DNA of 64,000 nucleotides from Escherichia coli (lineage in GTDB: Bacteria; Pseudomonadota; Gammaproteobacteria; Enterobacterales; Enterobacteriaceae), in assembly GCF_045037415.1 (NCBI RefSeq), contig NZ_CP173438.1. The stretch is one strand, 5' to 3'. Below the pieces are notes generated by a model that was given only the letters and a program-made list of their open reading frames with translations, had not been told where the DNA came from and did no database searches. The position numbers and the translations under genes are program-made. This document shows positions 9,629-20,299 of the stretch, piece after piece. Each line of letters starts with the position of its first letter. Positions within the stretch are counted from its first letter, which is position 1.

Positions 9629-11458
9629 CTACTCTTCGTCGTCACCATCGACATGCGCACGAATCAGCGCCATAAACGGTTTGCCAAAGCGTTCCAGCTT
9701 GCGCATACCAACGCCGTTAACGCTGAGCATTTCGCTGGCGGTGATCGGCATCTGTTCAGCCATCTCAATCAAGGTAGCGTCGTTAAACACCACGTACGGC
9801 GGGACATTGCTTTCATCGGCAATCGATTTACGCAGTTTGCGTAATTTGGCGAACAGTTTGCGATCATAGTTGCCGCCGAACGATTTCTGCATCGCTTTCG
9901 GTTTGAGCGCCACGATACGCGGCACGGCAAGTTGCAAAGAGGATTCGCCGCGCAGCACCGGACGCGCAGCCTCTGTCAGTTGTAGGGCAGAATGCTGGGC
10001 AATATTTTGCGTCACCAGGCCGAGGTGAATCAGCTGGCGGATCACGCTCACCCAATGTTCATGGCTTTTATCACGGCCCATGCCATAGACTTTCAGTTTG
10101 TCATGACCATAGTCGCGGATACGCTGATTATTAGCACCGCGAATCACTTCCACCACATAACCCATCCCAAACCGCTGATTCACACGACCAATGGTGGAAA
10201 GGGCAATCTGCGCATCGGTTGAACCATCGTACTGTTTTGGCGGATCGAGGCAGATATCGCAGTTCCCGCACGGCTCCTGACGCCCTTCGCCAAAATAGTT
10301 CAGCAATACCAAACGACGGCAAGTTTGCGCTTCAGCAAACGCGCCCATCGCATTGAGTTTATGACGTTCGATATCCTGCAACTGCCCCTGCGGCTTCTCT
10401 TCCAGACAACGGCGCAGCCACGCCATATCAGCCGGATCGTAAAACAGCATCGCTTCCGCGGGCAGGCCATCACGCCCGGCGCGTCCAGTTTCCTGATAAT
10501 AGGATTCGATATTGCGCGGAATATCAAAATGCACCACGAAGCGAACGTTAGGCTTGTTGATGCCCATGCCGAACGCCACCGTCGCCACCACAATTTGCAG
10601 GTCATCGCGCTGGAATTTTTCCTGCACATCAGCGCGAACATTATTTTCCAGCCCGGCATGATAGGCCGCCGCGCTAATTCCCTTGCTTTGCAGGCGCGCA
10701 GCGGTGTCTTCTACTTTCGCACGACTATTACAGTAAATAATCCCCGACTTACCGCGTTGTTCCTGTACATAACGCATCAACTGATCGAGCGGTTTGAATT
10801 TCTCCATCAGCATGTAGCGAATATTCGGACGGTCAAAACTGCTGATTTGAATCAGCGGATCGTTCAGCCCCAGCAGGCGCACGATATCCTGGCGCGTGGT
10901 GTCATCGGCTGTGGCAGTCAGCGCCATAAACGGCAGCGTCGGAAAACGCTGACGCAGCTGACCGAGGGCAGCGTATTCCGGGCGGAAATCGTGACCCCAT
11001 TGGGAGATACAGTGCGCCTCATCAACGGCTAATAACACCGGATTCCAGTGCGCCAGATGCTCAAGAAAGTTATCCAGCATCAGGCGTTCCGGCGCGATAT
11101 AAAGCAGGCTGATTTGCCCGGTGCGACAGCCTGTCATCACTTCAAGTTGCTGCTCGCGGGTTTGCGTCGAGTTAAGGCACGCCGCCGCCACGCCGTTGGC
11201 TTGCAGTTGATCTACCTGATCTTTCATCAACGAAATCAGCGGTGAGACAACCACGGTAAGGCCGTTTAGCAATAAGGCAGGGATTTGATAGCAAAGGGAT
11301 TTTCCGCCACCAGTGGGCATGACGACCAGGCAATCGCGACCGGAAAGTACGGTGTCGATAATCTCTTCCTGGCCGGGGCGAAACTGTTGGTAGCCAAAGG
11401 TTTCTTGTAAAACCTGTTTAGCTCCGGACTCCAGATTCAACACTTCCGCCTGCGCCAC
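9629..11458 (-). CDS. recQ: ATP-dependent DNA helicase RecQ
   Basis: ORF 9629..11464; conserved start is the GTG two codons in ([17 protein letters not shown]), giving 609 aa. DEAH box (LLAVDEAH), RQC and HRDC regions present. Confidence 0.95.
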   Translation of the reverse strand: MAQAEVLNLESGAKQVLQETFGYQQFRPGQEEIIDTVLSGRDCLVVMPTGGGKSLCYQIPALLLNGLTVVVSPLISLMKDQVDQLQANGVAAACLNSTQTREQQLEVMTGCRTGQISLLYIAPERLMLDNFLEHLAHWNPVLLAVDEAHCISQWGHDFRPEYAALGQLRQRFPTLPFMALTATADDTTRQDIVRLLGLNDPLIQISSFDRPNIRYMLMEKFKPLDQLMRYVQEQRGKSGIIYCNSRAKVEDTAARLQSKGISAAAYHAGLENNVRADVQEKFQRDDLQIVVATVAFGMGINKPNVRFVVHFDIPRNIESYYQETGRAGRDGLPAEAMLFYDPADMAWLRRCLEEKPQGQLQDIERHKLNAMGAFAEAQTCRRLVLLNYFGEGRQEPCGNCDICLDPPKQYDGSTDAQIALSTIGRVNQRFGMGYVVEVIRGANNQRIRDYGHDKLKVYGMGRDKSHEHWVSVIRQLIHLGLVTQNIAQHSALQLTEAARPVLRGESSLQLAVPRIVALKPKAMQKSFGGNYDRKLFAKLRKLRKSIADESNVPPYVVFNDATLIEMAEQMPITASEMLSVNGVGMRKLERFGKPFMALIRAHVDGDDEE

Positions 11459-11476
11459 ATTCACCCCGATTGCCTG

Positions 11477-11507
11477 AAATAAAAACAGGCGCTATTTTCA
11501 GCGCCTG
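11477..11507 (-). terminator. Rho-independent terminator downstream of pldA
   Basis: Hairpin CAGGCGCT-ATTTTC-AGCGCCTG at 11486-11507, followed on the minus strand by TTTTTATTT. Confidence 0.55.
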
Positions 11508-11582
11508 CGCGAGAAACTGCAATGCTTTTAGTCTCTGAGAGGGTAATCCTGGATGCTGGATTCCAGATTTGCCAACCATTCA

Positions 11583-12452
11583 TCAAAACAGGTCGTTTAG
11601 CATAACTCCCACACCAACGCGGGTCTGGTTGAAGTTATAGTCGATGAGCGATTCGCCGTAACCGCTGTAAACCTGAGTATAAAGGCGCACATGTTTGGTG
11701 ATCGGGTAGCTTAAGCCTAACTCCGCGCCGCCGTAACCGGTGTTCCAGTTGTACTGCCCTTTCGCGCTCAGTACCGCATCACCGAGGTGATAGCCGATTT
11801 TAAGCTGGTAGTAACCCATATATTTGGTGATGTCCGGGTTATCGTCCGTATTCCCCACCACATACCACGGCTTCACCTCTACCAACCAGTTACCGTTTTC
11901 TGCCATCAGGCGGGTATAAAGGCGGTTCCAGCTGCGGGAAGTCGGGTCTGAACGCCCGTTTGAGTCGTGGTTGTAGCCCATTTCCACATCGCGCAGCGTC
12001 CAGCCAGCAAAGTTGTAATCCGTGGCAAAACCGAGGAACAATTGCGGTTCGTAGTTAGTTTCACGAAACGGTGATGACTCATCGCTATTAGAAAGCTGCC
12101 ACCAGGATTTCTGTGTGTAGGAGGCGCCCAGTACAGAGTTTGGCCCCAAAATCCCACGCCACAGCGGAAACGCCAGGCTCAACTGGAACTTTACTTCATC
12201 CTTACGCGCGTTTTCCGCCCAGTCGTAACTGGCAATCGCTTCTTTATTCAGATCGCTGGTTTGGGTGTAGATGATGTAGTTGGTGTCATAAGGATAAAGG
12301 GTGAACGGATTGTCATGCTCCTGCAGCATATTGGCGATAATACTGCCACGCACCGCTGGCGCGTCATGCACCTCTTTCACCGTTGCCTCTTGTGCATATA
12401 CTGCCATAGGCAACATAAACACCGGCAACAACCAGCCCTGCAGAGTCCGCAT
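11583..12452 (-). CDS. pldA: Outer-membrane phospholipase A
   Basis: 289-aa ORF with signal peptide and C-terminal beta-barrel ending ...VGVGVMLNDLF. Confidence 0.95.
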   Translation of the reverse strand: MRTLQGWLLPVFMLPMAVYAQEATVKEVHDAPAVRGSIIANMLQEHDNPFTLYPYDTNYIIYTQTSDLNKEAIASYDWAENARKDEVKFQLSLAFPLWRGILGPNSVLGASYTQKSWWQLSNSDESSPFRETNYEPQLFLGFATDYNFAGWTLRDVEMGYNHDSNGRSDPTSRSWNRLYTRLMAENGNWLVEVKPWYVVGNTDDNPDITKYMGYYQLKIGYHLGDAVLSAKGQYNWNTGYGGAELGLSYPITKHVRLYTQVYSGYGESLIDYNFNQTRVGVGVMLNDLF

Positions 12453-12616
12453 CGCTCGTGTTCTCCGTAACGAATTATTGATAAGGTGAATATTTTTCTG
12501 CGGGCTATTTTACATACTTAACTCCATAGCCGTTAGTTATCCCTTCCTAAAGTAGAAACCAACAATAAATAAGCATAAAATCAACATTTCATTAACTAAT
12601 GAAGTGTAAGGATGTT

Positions 12617-13084
12617 ATGTCTGCCGTACTGACCGCTGAACAAGCCCTCAAATTAGTGGGTGAGATGTTTGTTTATCACATGCCATTTAACCGCGCATTG
12701 GGGATGGAACTGGAGCGTTACGAAAAAGAGTTCGCACAGCTGGCCTTTAAAAATCAGCCGATGATGGTGGGCAACTGGGCGCAAAGCATTTTACACGGCG
12801 GGGTCATTGCGTCGGCGCTGGATGTCGCCGCAGGTCTGGTGTGCGTGGGAAGTACCTTAACCCGCCACGAAACCATCAGTGAAGATGAACTACGCCAGCG
12901 GCTATCGCGGATGGGGACCATTGATCTTCGCGTCGATTATCTGCGCCCAGGCAGAGGAGAGCGTTTTACTGCTACCAGTAGCCTGTTGCGTGCAGGCAAT
13001 AAAGTCGCCGTCGCCCGCGTTGAATTACACAATGAAGAACAGCTTTATATTGCCAGTGCCACCGCCACCTATATGGTAGGTTGA
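12617..13084 (+). CDS. yigI: PaaI/YigI-family hotdog-fold thioesterase
   Basis: ORF 12599..13084; start taken at [12 protein letters not shown], giving 155 aa. Confidence 0.8.
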   Translation: MSAVLTAEQALKLVGEMFVYHMPFNRALGMELERYEKEFAQLAFKNQPMMVGNWAQSILHGGVIASALDVAAGLVCVGSTLTRHETISEDELRQRLSRMGTIDLRVDYLRPGRGERFTATSSLLRAGNKVAVARVELHNEEQLYIASATATYMVG

Positions 13085-13135
13085 AGACATAAAAGCAGGT
13101 AAACTGCTGTTACCAATTAAAAATGAGTATTCCCG

Positions 13136-14026
13136 ATGGATGCAAAACAAACGCGGCAGGGCGTATTACTCGCTCTTGCCGCTTATTTTATTTGGGGTAT
13201 TGCGCCAGCGTACTTCAAACTGATTTACTACGTGCCCGCCGATGAGATCCTGACGCATCGCGTGATCTGGTCGTTTTTCTTTATGGTGGTGCTGATGAGC
13301 ATTTGCCGCCAGTGGTCCTATTTAAAAACGCTGATTCAGACGCCACAGAAAATTTTTATGCTGGCAGTCTCTGCCGTGCTGATTGGTGGCAACTGGCTAC
13401 TGTTTATCTGGGCGGTGAACAATCACCATATGCTGGAAGCGAGCCTTGGTTACTTTATTAACCCACTGGTGAACATTGTGCTGGGGATGATTTTCCTCGG
13501 CGAGCGATTCCGCCGGATGCAATGGCTGGCGGTGATTCTGGCGATTTGTGGCGTGTTGGTTCAGTTGTGGACTTTTGGTTCACTGCCGATCATCGCGCTG
13601 GGGCTGGCGTTTAGTTTTGCTTTCTACGGCCTGGTGCGCAAGAAGATTGCTGTTGAAGCGCAAACCGGCATGTTAATCGAAACTATGTGGTTGCTGCCCG
13701 TGGCGGCGATTTACCTGTTTGCTATTGCCGACAGCTCAACCAGTCATATGGGGCAAAACCCGATGTCGCTGAATTTACTGCTGATCGCCGCCGGTATTGT
13801 CACCACCGTGCCACTGTTGTGTTTTACTGCAGCTGCGACACGCCTGCGTCTCTCAACGTTAGGCTTTTTCCAGTACATTGGTCCGACGCTGATGTTCCTG
13901 CTGGCTGTGACGTTTTATGGTGAAAAACCGGGTGCCGATAAGATGGTGACTTTCGCCTTTATTTGGGTGGCGCTGGCAATTTTTGTGATGGATGCGATTT
14001 ATACGCAGCGTAGAATTTCCAAATAA
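13136..14026 (+). CDS. rarD: EamA/RarD-family permease
   Basis: 296-aa polytopic membrane ORF; N-terminus MDAKQTRQGVLLALAAYFIWGIAP. Confidence 0.9.
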   Translation: MDAKQTRQGVLLALAAYFIWGIAPAYFKLIYYVPADEILTHRVIWSFFFMVVLMSICRQWSYLKTLIQTPQKIFMLAVSAVLIGGNWLLFIWAVNNHHMLEASLGYFINPLVNIVLGMIFLGERFRRMQWLAVILAICGVLVQLWTFGSLPIIALGLAFSFAFYGLVRKKIAVEAQTGMLIETMWLLPVAAIYLFAIADSSTSHMGQNPMSLNLLLIAAGIVTTVPLLCFTAAATRLRLSTLGFFQYIGPTLMFLLAVTFYGEKPGADKMVTFAFIWVALAIFVMDAIYTQRRISK

Positions 14027-14120
14027 AAAATAAATATATTCTGAAAAAATATGCCTGCTCTTGCATAAGAGCGGGAATATTGCCATGCTAACGAAATTCT
14101 TACACAAGGATGTAAAATTA

Positions 14121-14501
14121 ATGTTGCGTATATTTATTCCAACATCTAAAGGCAGAATTTCCAGACGCCGCTATATATTTTCATTTATTTTTACAAATCT
14201 AATTTGTATCTTACTTATTTCTTTTTTTTCCAATGCCGGGGCTGGTTTCTTTGTTATAACATCTACCATTCTTTTACATTATCTCGTTATCAACATGAAT
14301 TGCCAACGACTCCGGGATAGTGGTTTTACTTATATAAAAACTTATATTTTTAGTACATTAGTAGTCTATATCATTTCTTTCATCATCATGGTTGCTGAGC
14401 ATTTTGACTGTTCTGGCAATGGTTCGATGATTTTTTTGATTTGTTATTTTTCCACCTTTGGCATGTTAGTTCTTGCCCCCACTGATTCCCCCCGTAAATA
14501 A
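14121..14501 (+). CDS. yigG: DUF805-family inner membrane protein
   Basis: ORF 14061..14501; RISRRRY motif near the N-terminus is typical of DUF805. Start chosen at MLRIF to give 126 aa. Sits in a low-GC block. Confidence 0.65.
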   Translation: MLRIFIPTSKGRISRRRYIFSFIFTNLICILLISFFSNAGAGFFVITSTILLHYLVINMNCQRLRDSGFTYIKTYIFSTLVVYIISFIIMVAEHFDCSGNGSMIFLICYFSTFGMLVLAPTDSPRK

Positions 14502-14515
14502 TTAATGGAGATTTT

Positions 14516-14896
14516 ATGAGTAAGGATTATATGGCAGATGGCTCATTAACTGAAAAGTGGAAGTACCGCTTTTCGTTTTATGATGAACATGGCTTCCCTG
14601 GATTTTGGGGTGCAAGCCCAGAATATAAACAAGCATTAAAAGGATTAAACACAAGGCAAAAGATAATAATTAGAACAAATGTTATTGCTTTTTTCTTCTC
14701 GTGGGTCTATTTATTTGTATTGGGTTTATGGAAGAAGGCTATTGTTGTTCTATTCCTGGCGATATTTTCTTTAATTTTTGGTTACATGATTGGCTATAAT
14801 GTATTTGGATTCATTATCGCCGCTTATGTTTCATACAATACCAACAGATGGTTCTATGAAAAAGAAGTAAAAGGTATTCATACCTGGAGCCTTTAA
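14516..14896 (+). CDS. yigF: DUF2628-like inner membrane protein
   Basis: 126-aa ORF with two TM segments; 14 bp after yigG; low GC. Confidence 0.65.
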   Translation: MSKDYMADGSLTEKWKYRFSFYDEHGFPGFWGASPEYKQALKGLNTRQKIIIRTNVIAFFFSWVYLFVLGLWKKAIVVLFLAIFSLIFGYMIGYNVFGFIIAAYVSYNTNRWFYEKEVKGIHTWSL

Positions 14897-14902
14897 ATAA
14901 TC

Positions 14903-14940
14903 GGTGGCTTAGCCAGGCTAAGCCACCGTTCTCGTTTTTT
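14903..14940 (+). terminator. Rho-independent terminator after yigF (T-run overlaps the corA stop codon)
   Basis: Inverted repeat GGTGGCTTAGCC/GGCTAAGCCACC at 14903-14927, followed by GTTCTCGTTTTTT. Confidence 0.6.
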
Positions 14941-15904
14941 ACAGCCAGTTCTTCCGCTTAAAGTACAGATACGGTGCCAGGCCCGCGAGGATCATAAAGA
15001 TAATCGCGCCTGGGTAGCCGAAGCTCCACTTCAGTTCCGGCATAAACTCAAAGTTCATCCCGTAGCTGGAAGCGACCAGCGTCGGTGGCAGGAACACCAC
15101 GGATACCACCGAGAAGATTTTGATGATGCGGTTCTGCTCGATATTGATAAAGCCCATCGCCGCCTGCATCAGGAAGTTCACCTTCTGGAACAGGGATTCG
15201 TTATGCGGCAGCAGGGATTCGATATCTCGCAGGATTTCACGCGCCTGCTCCAGTTGCCCACCCGGTAAGCGTGCTTTACGTACCAGGAAGTTGAGCGCGC
15301 GCTGGGTATCCATCAGACACAGGCGAACTTTCCAGCCGATATCTTCCAGTTCCGCCAGCGTGGAGAGCGCCTCGTCGTACTCATCGCCCTGATGCCCTTC
15401 CATAATTACCCGGCTCAACTGCTCCAGGTCGCTGTAGATATTTTCAATTTCATCTGCCAACTGTTCGATTTTGGTTTCGAACAGATCCAGCAGCAGCTCG
15501 TAGGCGTTACCGTCCACCATTGACTGGCTACGGGCACGCATACGATACAGACGAAAAGCGGGCAGTTCACGCTCACGCAGAGTAAACAGACGACCATCAC
15601 GGATGGTAAATGCCACAGTGGAGTTACCGGCGTGATCTTCCGCATCTTCAAAGAAGAAGAAGGAGTGAATATGCAGGCCGTCATCGTCTTCAAAGAAACG
15701 TGCCGATGCTTCGATGTCTTCCAGTTCCGGGCGGGTTGCCAGGCTCTGGCCAAGTTCAGATTGTACGCGCAGTCGCTCGTCGTCGTCCGGTTCGACAAGA
15801 TCAATCCATACTGCATTTACAAGGGGTTGTGACTCTTCGACTTCCAGCCGGGTCAGTCGGTTATTTTCCAGTTGAAATGCGCTCAGCATGACCGGGACTC
15901 CCAA
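14939..15904 (-). CDS. corA: Mg2+/Co2+ transporter CorA
   Basis: 321-aa ORF ending in two TM helices with the GMN signature ([11 protein letters not shown]). Confidence 0.95.
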   Translation of the reverse strand: MGVPVMLSAFQLENNRLTRLEVEESQPLVNAVWIDLVEPDDDERLRVQSELGQSLATRPELEDIEASARFFEDDDGLHIHSFFFFEDAEDHAGNSTVAFTIRDGRLFTLRERELPAFRLYRMRARSQSMVDGNAYELLLDLFETKIEQLADEIENIYSDLEQLSRVIMEGHQGDEYDEALSTLAELEDIGWKVRLCLMDTQRALNFLVRKARLPGGQLEQAREILRDIESLLPHNESLFQKVNFLMQAAMGFINIEQNRIIKIFSVVSVVFLPPTLVASSYGMNFEFMPELKWSFGYPGAIIFMILAGLAPYLYFKRKNWL

Positions 15905-16258
15905 TGCTTAAAATATCGGACAGTTCGGTGGGCACACAGAAACAAATTGGGTTTCAGACCATTAAACAGCCTGACTCAGCGCGACGGGAAAAATTGAGGT
16001 CGCTGACAACCGCTAAGGCTATCAGCAAAAAGGGATAGCCTTAGGAGTTGATCCTGGATGACAGGATAGTGAGCCAGTATCTACTGGGTGTGTCCAAGGC
16101 GAATGTCCTCTTAGAGTGATCGTGCGCGCATGTTACGCCAGCAAAATTTTGCCGTCAACACGCAACAGAACACCACAGAACAATAGTTGAACTTCGCGCT
16201 TTTTGGTACTCGTCAAGGTCGCTAACAGGATAAAAAAATCCCACATTCAGGGCCTATA
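15905..16258 (-). promoter_or_regulatory. corA promoter and long 5' leader region
   Basis: 354-bp untranslated region upstream of corA. In enterobacteria corA carries a long regulatory leader; elements not mapped here. Confidence 0.4.
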
Positions 16259-17023
16259 ATGGCGCATCGGCTATTCATTGGTAAAGGAATGATCACCTTG
16301 AATCTCAAACGGATTTTTCTCACCCTCACCTTACTTCCCTTGTTTGCTGTTGCCGCTGATGATTGCGCACCCTCAGATCCGACGCTGACCGTACAGGCGT
16401 ATACCGTTAATCCTCAAACAGAGCGGGTGAAAATGTACTGGCAAAAAGCCAATGGCGAAGCGTGGGGAACGTTACATGCGCTGCTGGCGGATATTAATAG
16501 TCAGGGTCAGGTGCAGATGGCGATGAACGGCGGCATCTATGATGAAAGCTATGCGCCGCTCGGTTTGTACATCGAAAACGGTCAGCAGAAGGTGGCGTTA
16601 AATCTCGCTTCAGGTGAAGGGAATTTCTTTATTCGCCCTGGCGGCGTGTTTTATGTCGCGGGAGATAAAGTCGGCATCGTTCGTCTGGATGCCTTTAAAA
16701 CCAGTAAAGAGATTCAGTTTGCGGTGCAGTCAGGGCCATTGTTGATGGAAAACGGTGTAATTAATCCGCGTATTCATCCCAACGTCGCCTCACGTAAAAT
16801 TCGTAACGGTGTTGGGATTAATAAACATGGGAACGCCGTGTTTTTGCTGAGCCAGCAGGCGACAAATTTTTATGATTTTGCCTGTTATGCCAAAGCGAAA
16901 CTGAACGTTGAGCAGCTGCTTTATCTTGATGGCACAATTTCACATATGTATATGAAAGGCGAGGCAATCCCGTGGCAACGCTATCCTTTTGTCACCATGA
17001 TTTCCGTCGAGCAGAAAGGTTAA
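16259..17023 (+). CDS. yigE: DUF2233-family exported protein
   Basis: 254-aa ORF. The first ATG overlaps a TATAAT-like hexamer; a second ATG at 16289 has an AAAGGA RBS and begins a signal peptide (MITLNLKRIFLTLTLLPLFAVAA), so the true start may be 16289. Confidence 0.75.
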   Translation: MAHRLFIGKGMITLNLKRIFLTLTLLPLFAVAADDCAPSDPTLTVQAYTVNPQTERVKMYWQKANGEAWGTLHALLADINSQGQVQMAMNGGIYDESYAPLGLYIENGQQKVALNLASGEGNFFIRPGGVFYVAGDKVGIVRLDAFKTSKEIQFAVQSGPLLMENGVINPRIHPNVASRKIRNGVGINKHGNAVFLLSQQATNFYDFACYAKAKLNVEQLLYLDGTISHMYMKGEAIPWQRYPFVTMISVEQKG

Positions 17024-17105
17024 ACATTGTACACTCGAGGAGGCCAGACAAACTGGGGCTGGCTACACAGCTGGAAAATCATCAGATAAATGAAGGGAAA
17101 CAAAA

Positions 17106-18008
17106 ATGAAAAAAACGCTCGCAACATTATTTTTATTAACCTGTCTGGGGTCATCATCCGCTTATGCGGATAACGCTTTGATTTTACAAACGGATTTTAG
17201 CCTGAAAGATGGTGCCGTCTCGGCGATGAAAGGGGTCGCATTCGGTGTTGACCATAATCTTAAAATCTTTGATTTAACACACGAAATTCCACCGTATAAC
17301 ATCTGGGAAGGCGCTTATCGCCTGTATCAGACTGCCAGTTACTGGCCGCAAGGTTCGGTGTTTGTTAGCGTGGTCGATCCAGGTGTTGGTACAGACCGTA
17401 AATCGGTAGTGCTGAAAACCAAAAACGGTCAGTACTTCGTTTCACCAGATAACGGTACGCTCACGTTGGTGGCGGAATCGCTGGGTATTGAGAGCGTCCG
17501 GCAAATCGATGAAAAAACCAACCGTCTGAAAGGTTCCGAAAAGTCATATACCTTCCATGGTCGTGATGTATATGCCTACACCGGTGCGCGTCTGGCTTCC
17601 GGGGCGATCACGTTCGAGCAGGTGGGGCCAGAGCTTCCTGCAAAAGTTGTCGAACTTTCTTATCAGAAAGCCAAAGCAACAAAAGGTGAAGTGAAGGGCA
17701 ATATCCCGATTCTCGATATTCAGTACGGCAACGTCTGGAGCAATATCAGCGACGAGTTGCTGAATCAGGCAGGAATCAAACTCAACGACACGTTGTGTGT
17801 GACCATTTCCGAAGGTTCCCAGCAAAAATACGCAGGGAAAATGCCGTATGTCGCAAGCTTCGGCGATGTGCCGGAAGGCCAGCCGATGGTGTATCTGAAC
17901 AGCTTATTGAATGTTTCCGTGGCGCTGAATATGGATAATTTCGCGCAGAAACATCAGGTTGCGTCTGGTGCTGACTGGAATATTGATGTGAAGAAGTGCG
18001 CTAAGTAA
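17106..18008 (+). CDS. DUF62 / SAM hydroxide adenosyltransferase-like protein with N-terminal signal peptide
   Basis: 300-aa ORF; MKKTLATLFLLTCLGSSSAYA signal peptide (AXA site); then LQTDFSLKDGAVSAMKGV...DLTHEIPPY...VVDPGVGT...VSPDNGTLTL, the conserved N-domain pattern of DUF62. Starts 82 bp after yigE with a GAAGGGAAA RBS. Confidence 0.7.
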   Translation: MKKTLATLFLLTCLGSSSAYADNALILQTDFSLKDGAVSAMKGVAFGVDHNLKIFDLTHEIPPYNIWEGAYRLYQTASYWPQGSVFVSVVDPGVGTDRKSVVLKTKNGQYFVSPDNGTLTLVAESLGIESVRQIDEKTNRLKGSEKSYTFHGRDVYAYTGARLASGAITFEQVGPELPAKVVELSYQKAKATKGEVKGNIPILDIQYGNVWSNISDELLNQAGIKLNDTLCVTISEGSQQKYAGKMPYVASFGDVPEGQPMVYLNSLLNVSVALNMDNFAQKHQVASGADWNIDVKKCAK

Positions 18009-18017
18009 GGTGCTGAT

Positions 18018-18048
18018 GCCGGATGCGGTGTAGCGCACCGCATCCGGC
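18018..18048. repeat. REP-type palindromic element (GCCGGATGCGGTG-TAGCG-CACCGCATCCGGC) between the convergent DUF62 gene and uvrD
   Basis: Perfect 13-bp inverted repeat with GCCGGATG core typical of E. coli REP sequences. Confidence 0.7.
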
Positions 18049-18062
18049 AACGGAATCGTAAA

Positions 18063-20225
18063 TTACACCGTCTCCAGTCGGGCGTAAGCCGCCACCAGCC
18101 ATTTAATACCCTGGCCCTGGAATGCCACCTGCAAACGGCTATGCTCGCCGCTGCCTTCCATATTGACGATGGTGCCTTCACCAAACTTAGCGTGGCGTAC
18201 GCGCTGGCCGAGCTTGTAGCCGCTGTCGTTCTCGACCATCGGCGTCCCCATACGCTGATGGCTGACCGGGCGGCTTACCGTGGCGCGCAGGCGCACCTCT
18301 TCCACACACTCTTCCGGCAACTCACCGATAAAGCGCGACGGGCGATGGTAAACCTCTTTGCCATATAGACGGCGGGTTTCCGCGTAGGTCAGCGTCAGTT
18401 TCTGCATCGCGCGGGTTACGCCAACGTAGGCCAGACGGCGTTCTTCTTCCAGACGCCCGCCTTCATCTAGCGACATCTGGCTTGGGAACATGCCCTCTTC
18501 CATACCAACGATAAACACCTGCGGGAATTCCAGACCTTTCGCCGAGTGTAGCGTCATCAACTGCACCGCGTCCTGCCAGGTATCCGCCTGCCCCTCGCCC
18601 GCTTCCAGCGCCGCATGGGAGAGGAATGCCTGCAGCGGCATTAAATCTTCGTCTTCTTCGTTGTAGCTGAACTGGCGCGTTGCCGTCACCAGTTCCTCTA
18701 AGTTTTCGATACGCGTCTGACCTTTTTCGCCCTTCTCCTGCTCGTACATGGTGCGCAGGCCGGAGTCTTTAATTACCCGGTCAGTCTGTACATGCAGCGG
18801 CATATCGGCAGTTTCCTGCGCTAAGGCGTCGATCAGCTCCATAAACCGCTGTAAGGCGCTGGCAGCACGTCCGGCGAGGGCTTTTTCCTGCAACAGTTCA
18901 CGACATGCCTGCCAGAGTGTTAACTGGCGATCTCGCGATGTCTGACGTACCACGTCCAGCGTCCGGTCACCAATACCCCGCGTTGGCGTATTCACCACAC
19001 GCTCAAAGGCCGCGTCGTCGTTGCGGTTGGCAATCAGGCGCAGATACGAGAGCGCATCTTTGATTTCCTGGCGTTCGAAGAAGCGCATCCCGCCGTAAAT
19101 ACGATACGGCATACTCGCCTGCAATAACGCCTCTTCCAGCACACGCGACTGGGCGTTGCTGCGGTAGAGAATGGCGCACTCAGCGAGCGCCCCGCCGTTG
19201 TCCTGCCAGGTTTTGATGCGATTAACCACAAAACGCGCTTCGTCGAGTTCGTTAAAAGCGCAATAAAGGGAAATCGGCTCACCGTCCGCGCCATCGGTCC
19301 ACAGTTTTTTACCCAAACGCCCGTTGTTGTTTTCAATCAGGGCGTTCGCGGCGCTCAGAATATTGCTGGTAGAGCGGTAGTTCTGCTCCAGACGGATAGT
19401 TTCAGCACCGGGGAAATCATTGAGGAAACGCTGAATATTCTCCACCTGCGCTCCGCGCCAGCCGTAGATTGACTGATCGTCATCGCCAACGATCATCACT
19501 TTGCCGGTATCGCCCGCCAGCAGGCGGATCCACGCATACTGAATGTTGTTGGTATCCTGGAATTCGTCCACCAGGATATTGGTAAACCGTTCGCGATAGT
19601 GCTGAAGGATATGCGGCTTGTTAAGCCACAACTCGTGAGCACGTAGCAGCAGCTCGGCGAAGTCCACCAGGCCCGCGCGGTCACACGCTTCCTGATACGC
19701 CTGATACACCTTCTGCCAGGTCTGCTCCACCGGATTACCGTAGCTCTGAATATGATGCGGACGCAGCCCCTCATCTTTCTGGCTGTTGATGTACCACATT
19801 GCCTGACGCGGCGGCCACTGCTTCTCGTCGAGATTCATCGCCTTGATCAAACGCTTAAGCAGACGTAGCTGGTCTTCACTGTCGAGGATCTGGAAATCCT
19901 GCGGCAGGTTGGCGTCCATATGGTGCGCACGCAGCAGGCGGTGCGCCAGCCCGTGGAAGGTGCCGACCCACATACCGCCCTGGCTAGTGCCCATCAGTTG
20001 CCCGATACGATGACGCATCTCCGCCGCCGCTTTGTTGGTAAACGTCACCGCCATAATCGAATACGGCGAGCAGTTTTCCACGCTCATCAACCAGGCGATA
20101 CGATGCACCAGTACGCGCGTCTTACCACTGCCCGCGCCCGCCAGCACCAGAAGGTTGCTGCGTGGCGCGGCCACCGCTTCGCGCTGTTTGTCATTAAGGC
20201 TGTCGAGCAGGTAAGAAACGTCCAT
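18063..20225 (-). CDS. uvrD: DNA helicase II (UvrD)
   Basis: ORF 18063..20411; conserved start at MDVSYLLDSLNDKQREAV gives 720 aa; Walker [12 protein letters not shown]. Confidence 0.97.
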   Translation of the reverse strand: MDVSYLLDSLNDKQREAVAAPRSNLLVLAGAGSGKTRVLVHRIAWLMSVENCSPYSIMAVTFTNKAAAEMRHRIGQLMGTSQGGMWVGTFHGLAHRLLRAHHMDANLPQDFQILDSEDQLRLLKRLIKAMNLDEKQWPPRQAMWYINSQKDEGLRPHHIQSYGNPVEQTWQKVYQAYQEACDRAGLVDFAELLLRAHELWLNKPHILQHYRERFTNILVDEFQDTNNIQYAWIRLLAGDTGKVMIVGDDDQSIYGWRGAQVENIQRFLNDFPGAETIRLEQNYRSTSNILSAANALIENNNGRLGKKLWTDGADGEPISLYCAFNELDEARFVVNRIKTWQDNGGALAECAILYRSNAQSRVLEEALLQASMPYRIYGGMRFFERQEIKDALSYLRLIANRNDDAAFERVVNTPTRGIGDRTLDVVRQTSRDRQLTLWQACRELLQEKALAGRAASALQRFMELIDALAQETADMPLHVQTDRVIKDSGLRTMYEQEKGEKGQTRIENLEELVTATRQFSYNEEDEDLMPLQAFLSHAALEAGEGQADTWQDAVQLMTLHSAKGLEFPQVFIVGMEEGMFPSQMSLDEGGRLEEERRLAYVGVTRAMQKLTLTYAETRRLYGKEVYHRPSRFIGELPEECVEEVRLRATVSRPVSHQRMGTPMVENDSGYKLGQRVRHAKFGEGTIVNMEGSGEHSRLQVAFQGQGIKWLVAAYARLETV

Positions 20226-20283
20226 TGGCACCGCCGCGTAAAAATAGGTTGGGCGGAGAAGCGCAACGCCCTCCGCCAAAAAG

Positions 20284-20299
20284 CTGGGTATATATACAG
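20284..20299 (-). promoter_or_regulatory. LexA (SOS) box upstream of uvrD
   Basis: Minus-strand reading CTGTATATATACCCAG fits the CTGT-N8-ACAG consensus (half-site variant CCAG), about 60 bp upstream of the uvrD start. Confidence 0.75.

Noticed and set aside
10325-11032. 235-aa plus-strand ORF inside recQ
   Set aside because: Antisense to conserved RecQ helicase motifs; no start context.
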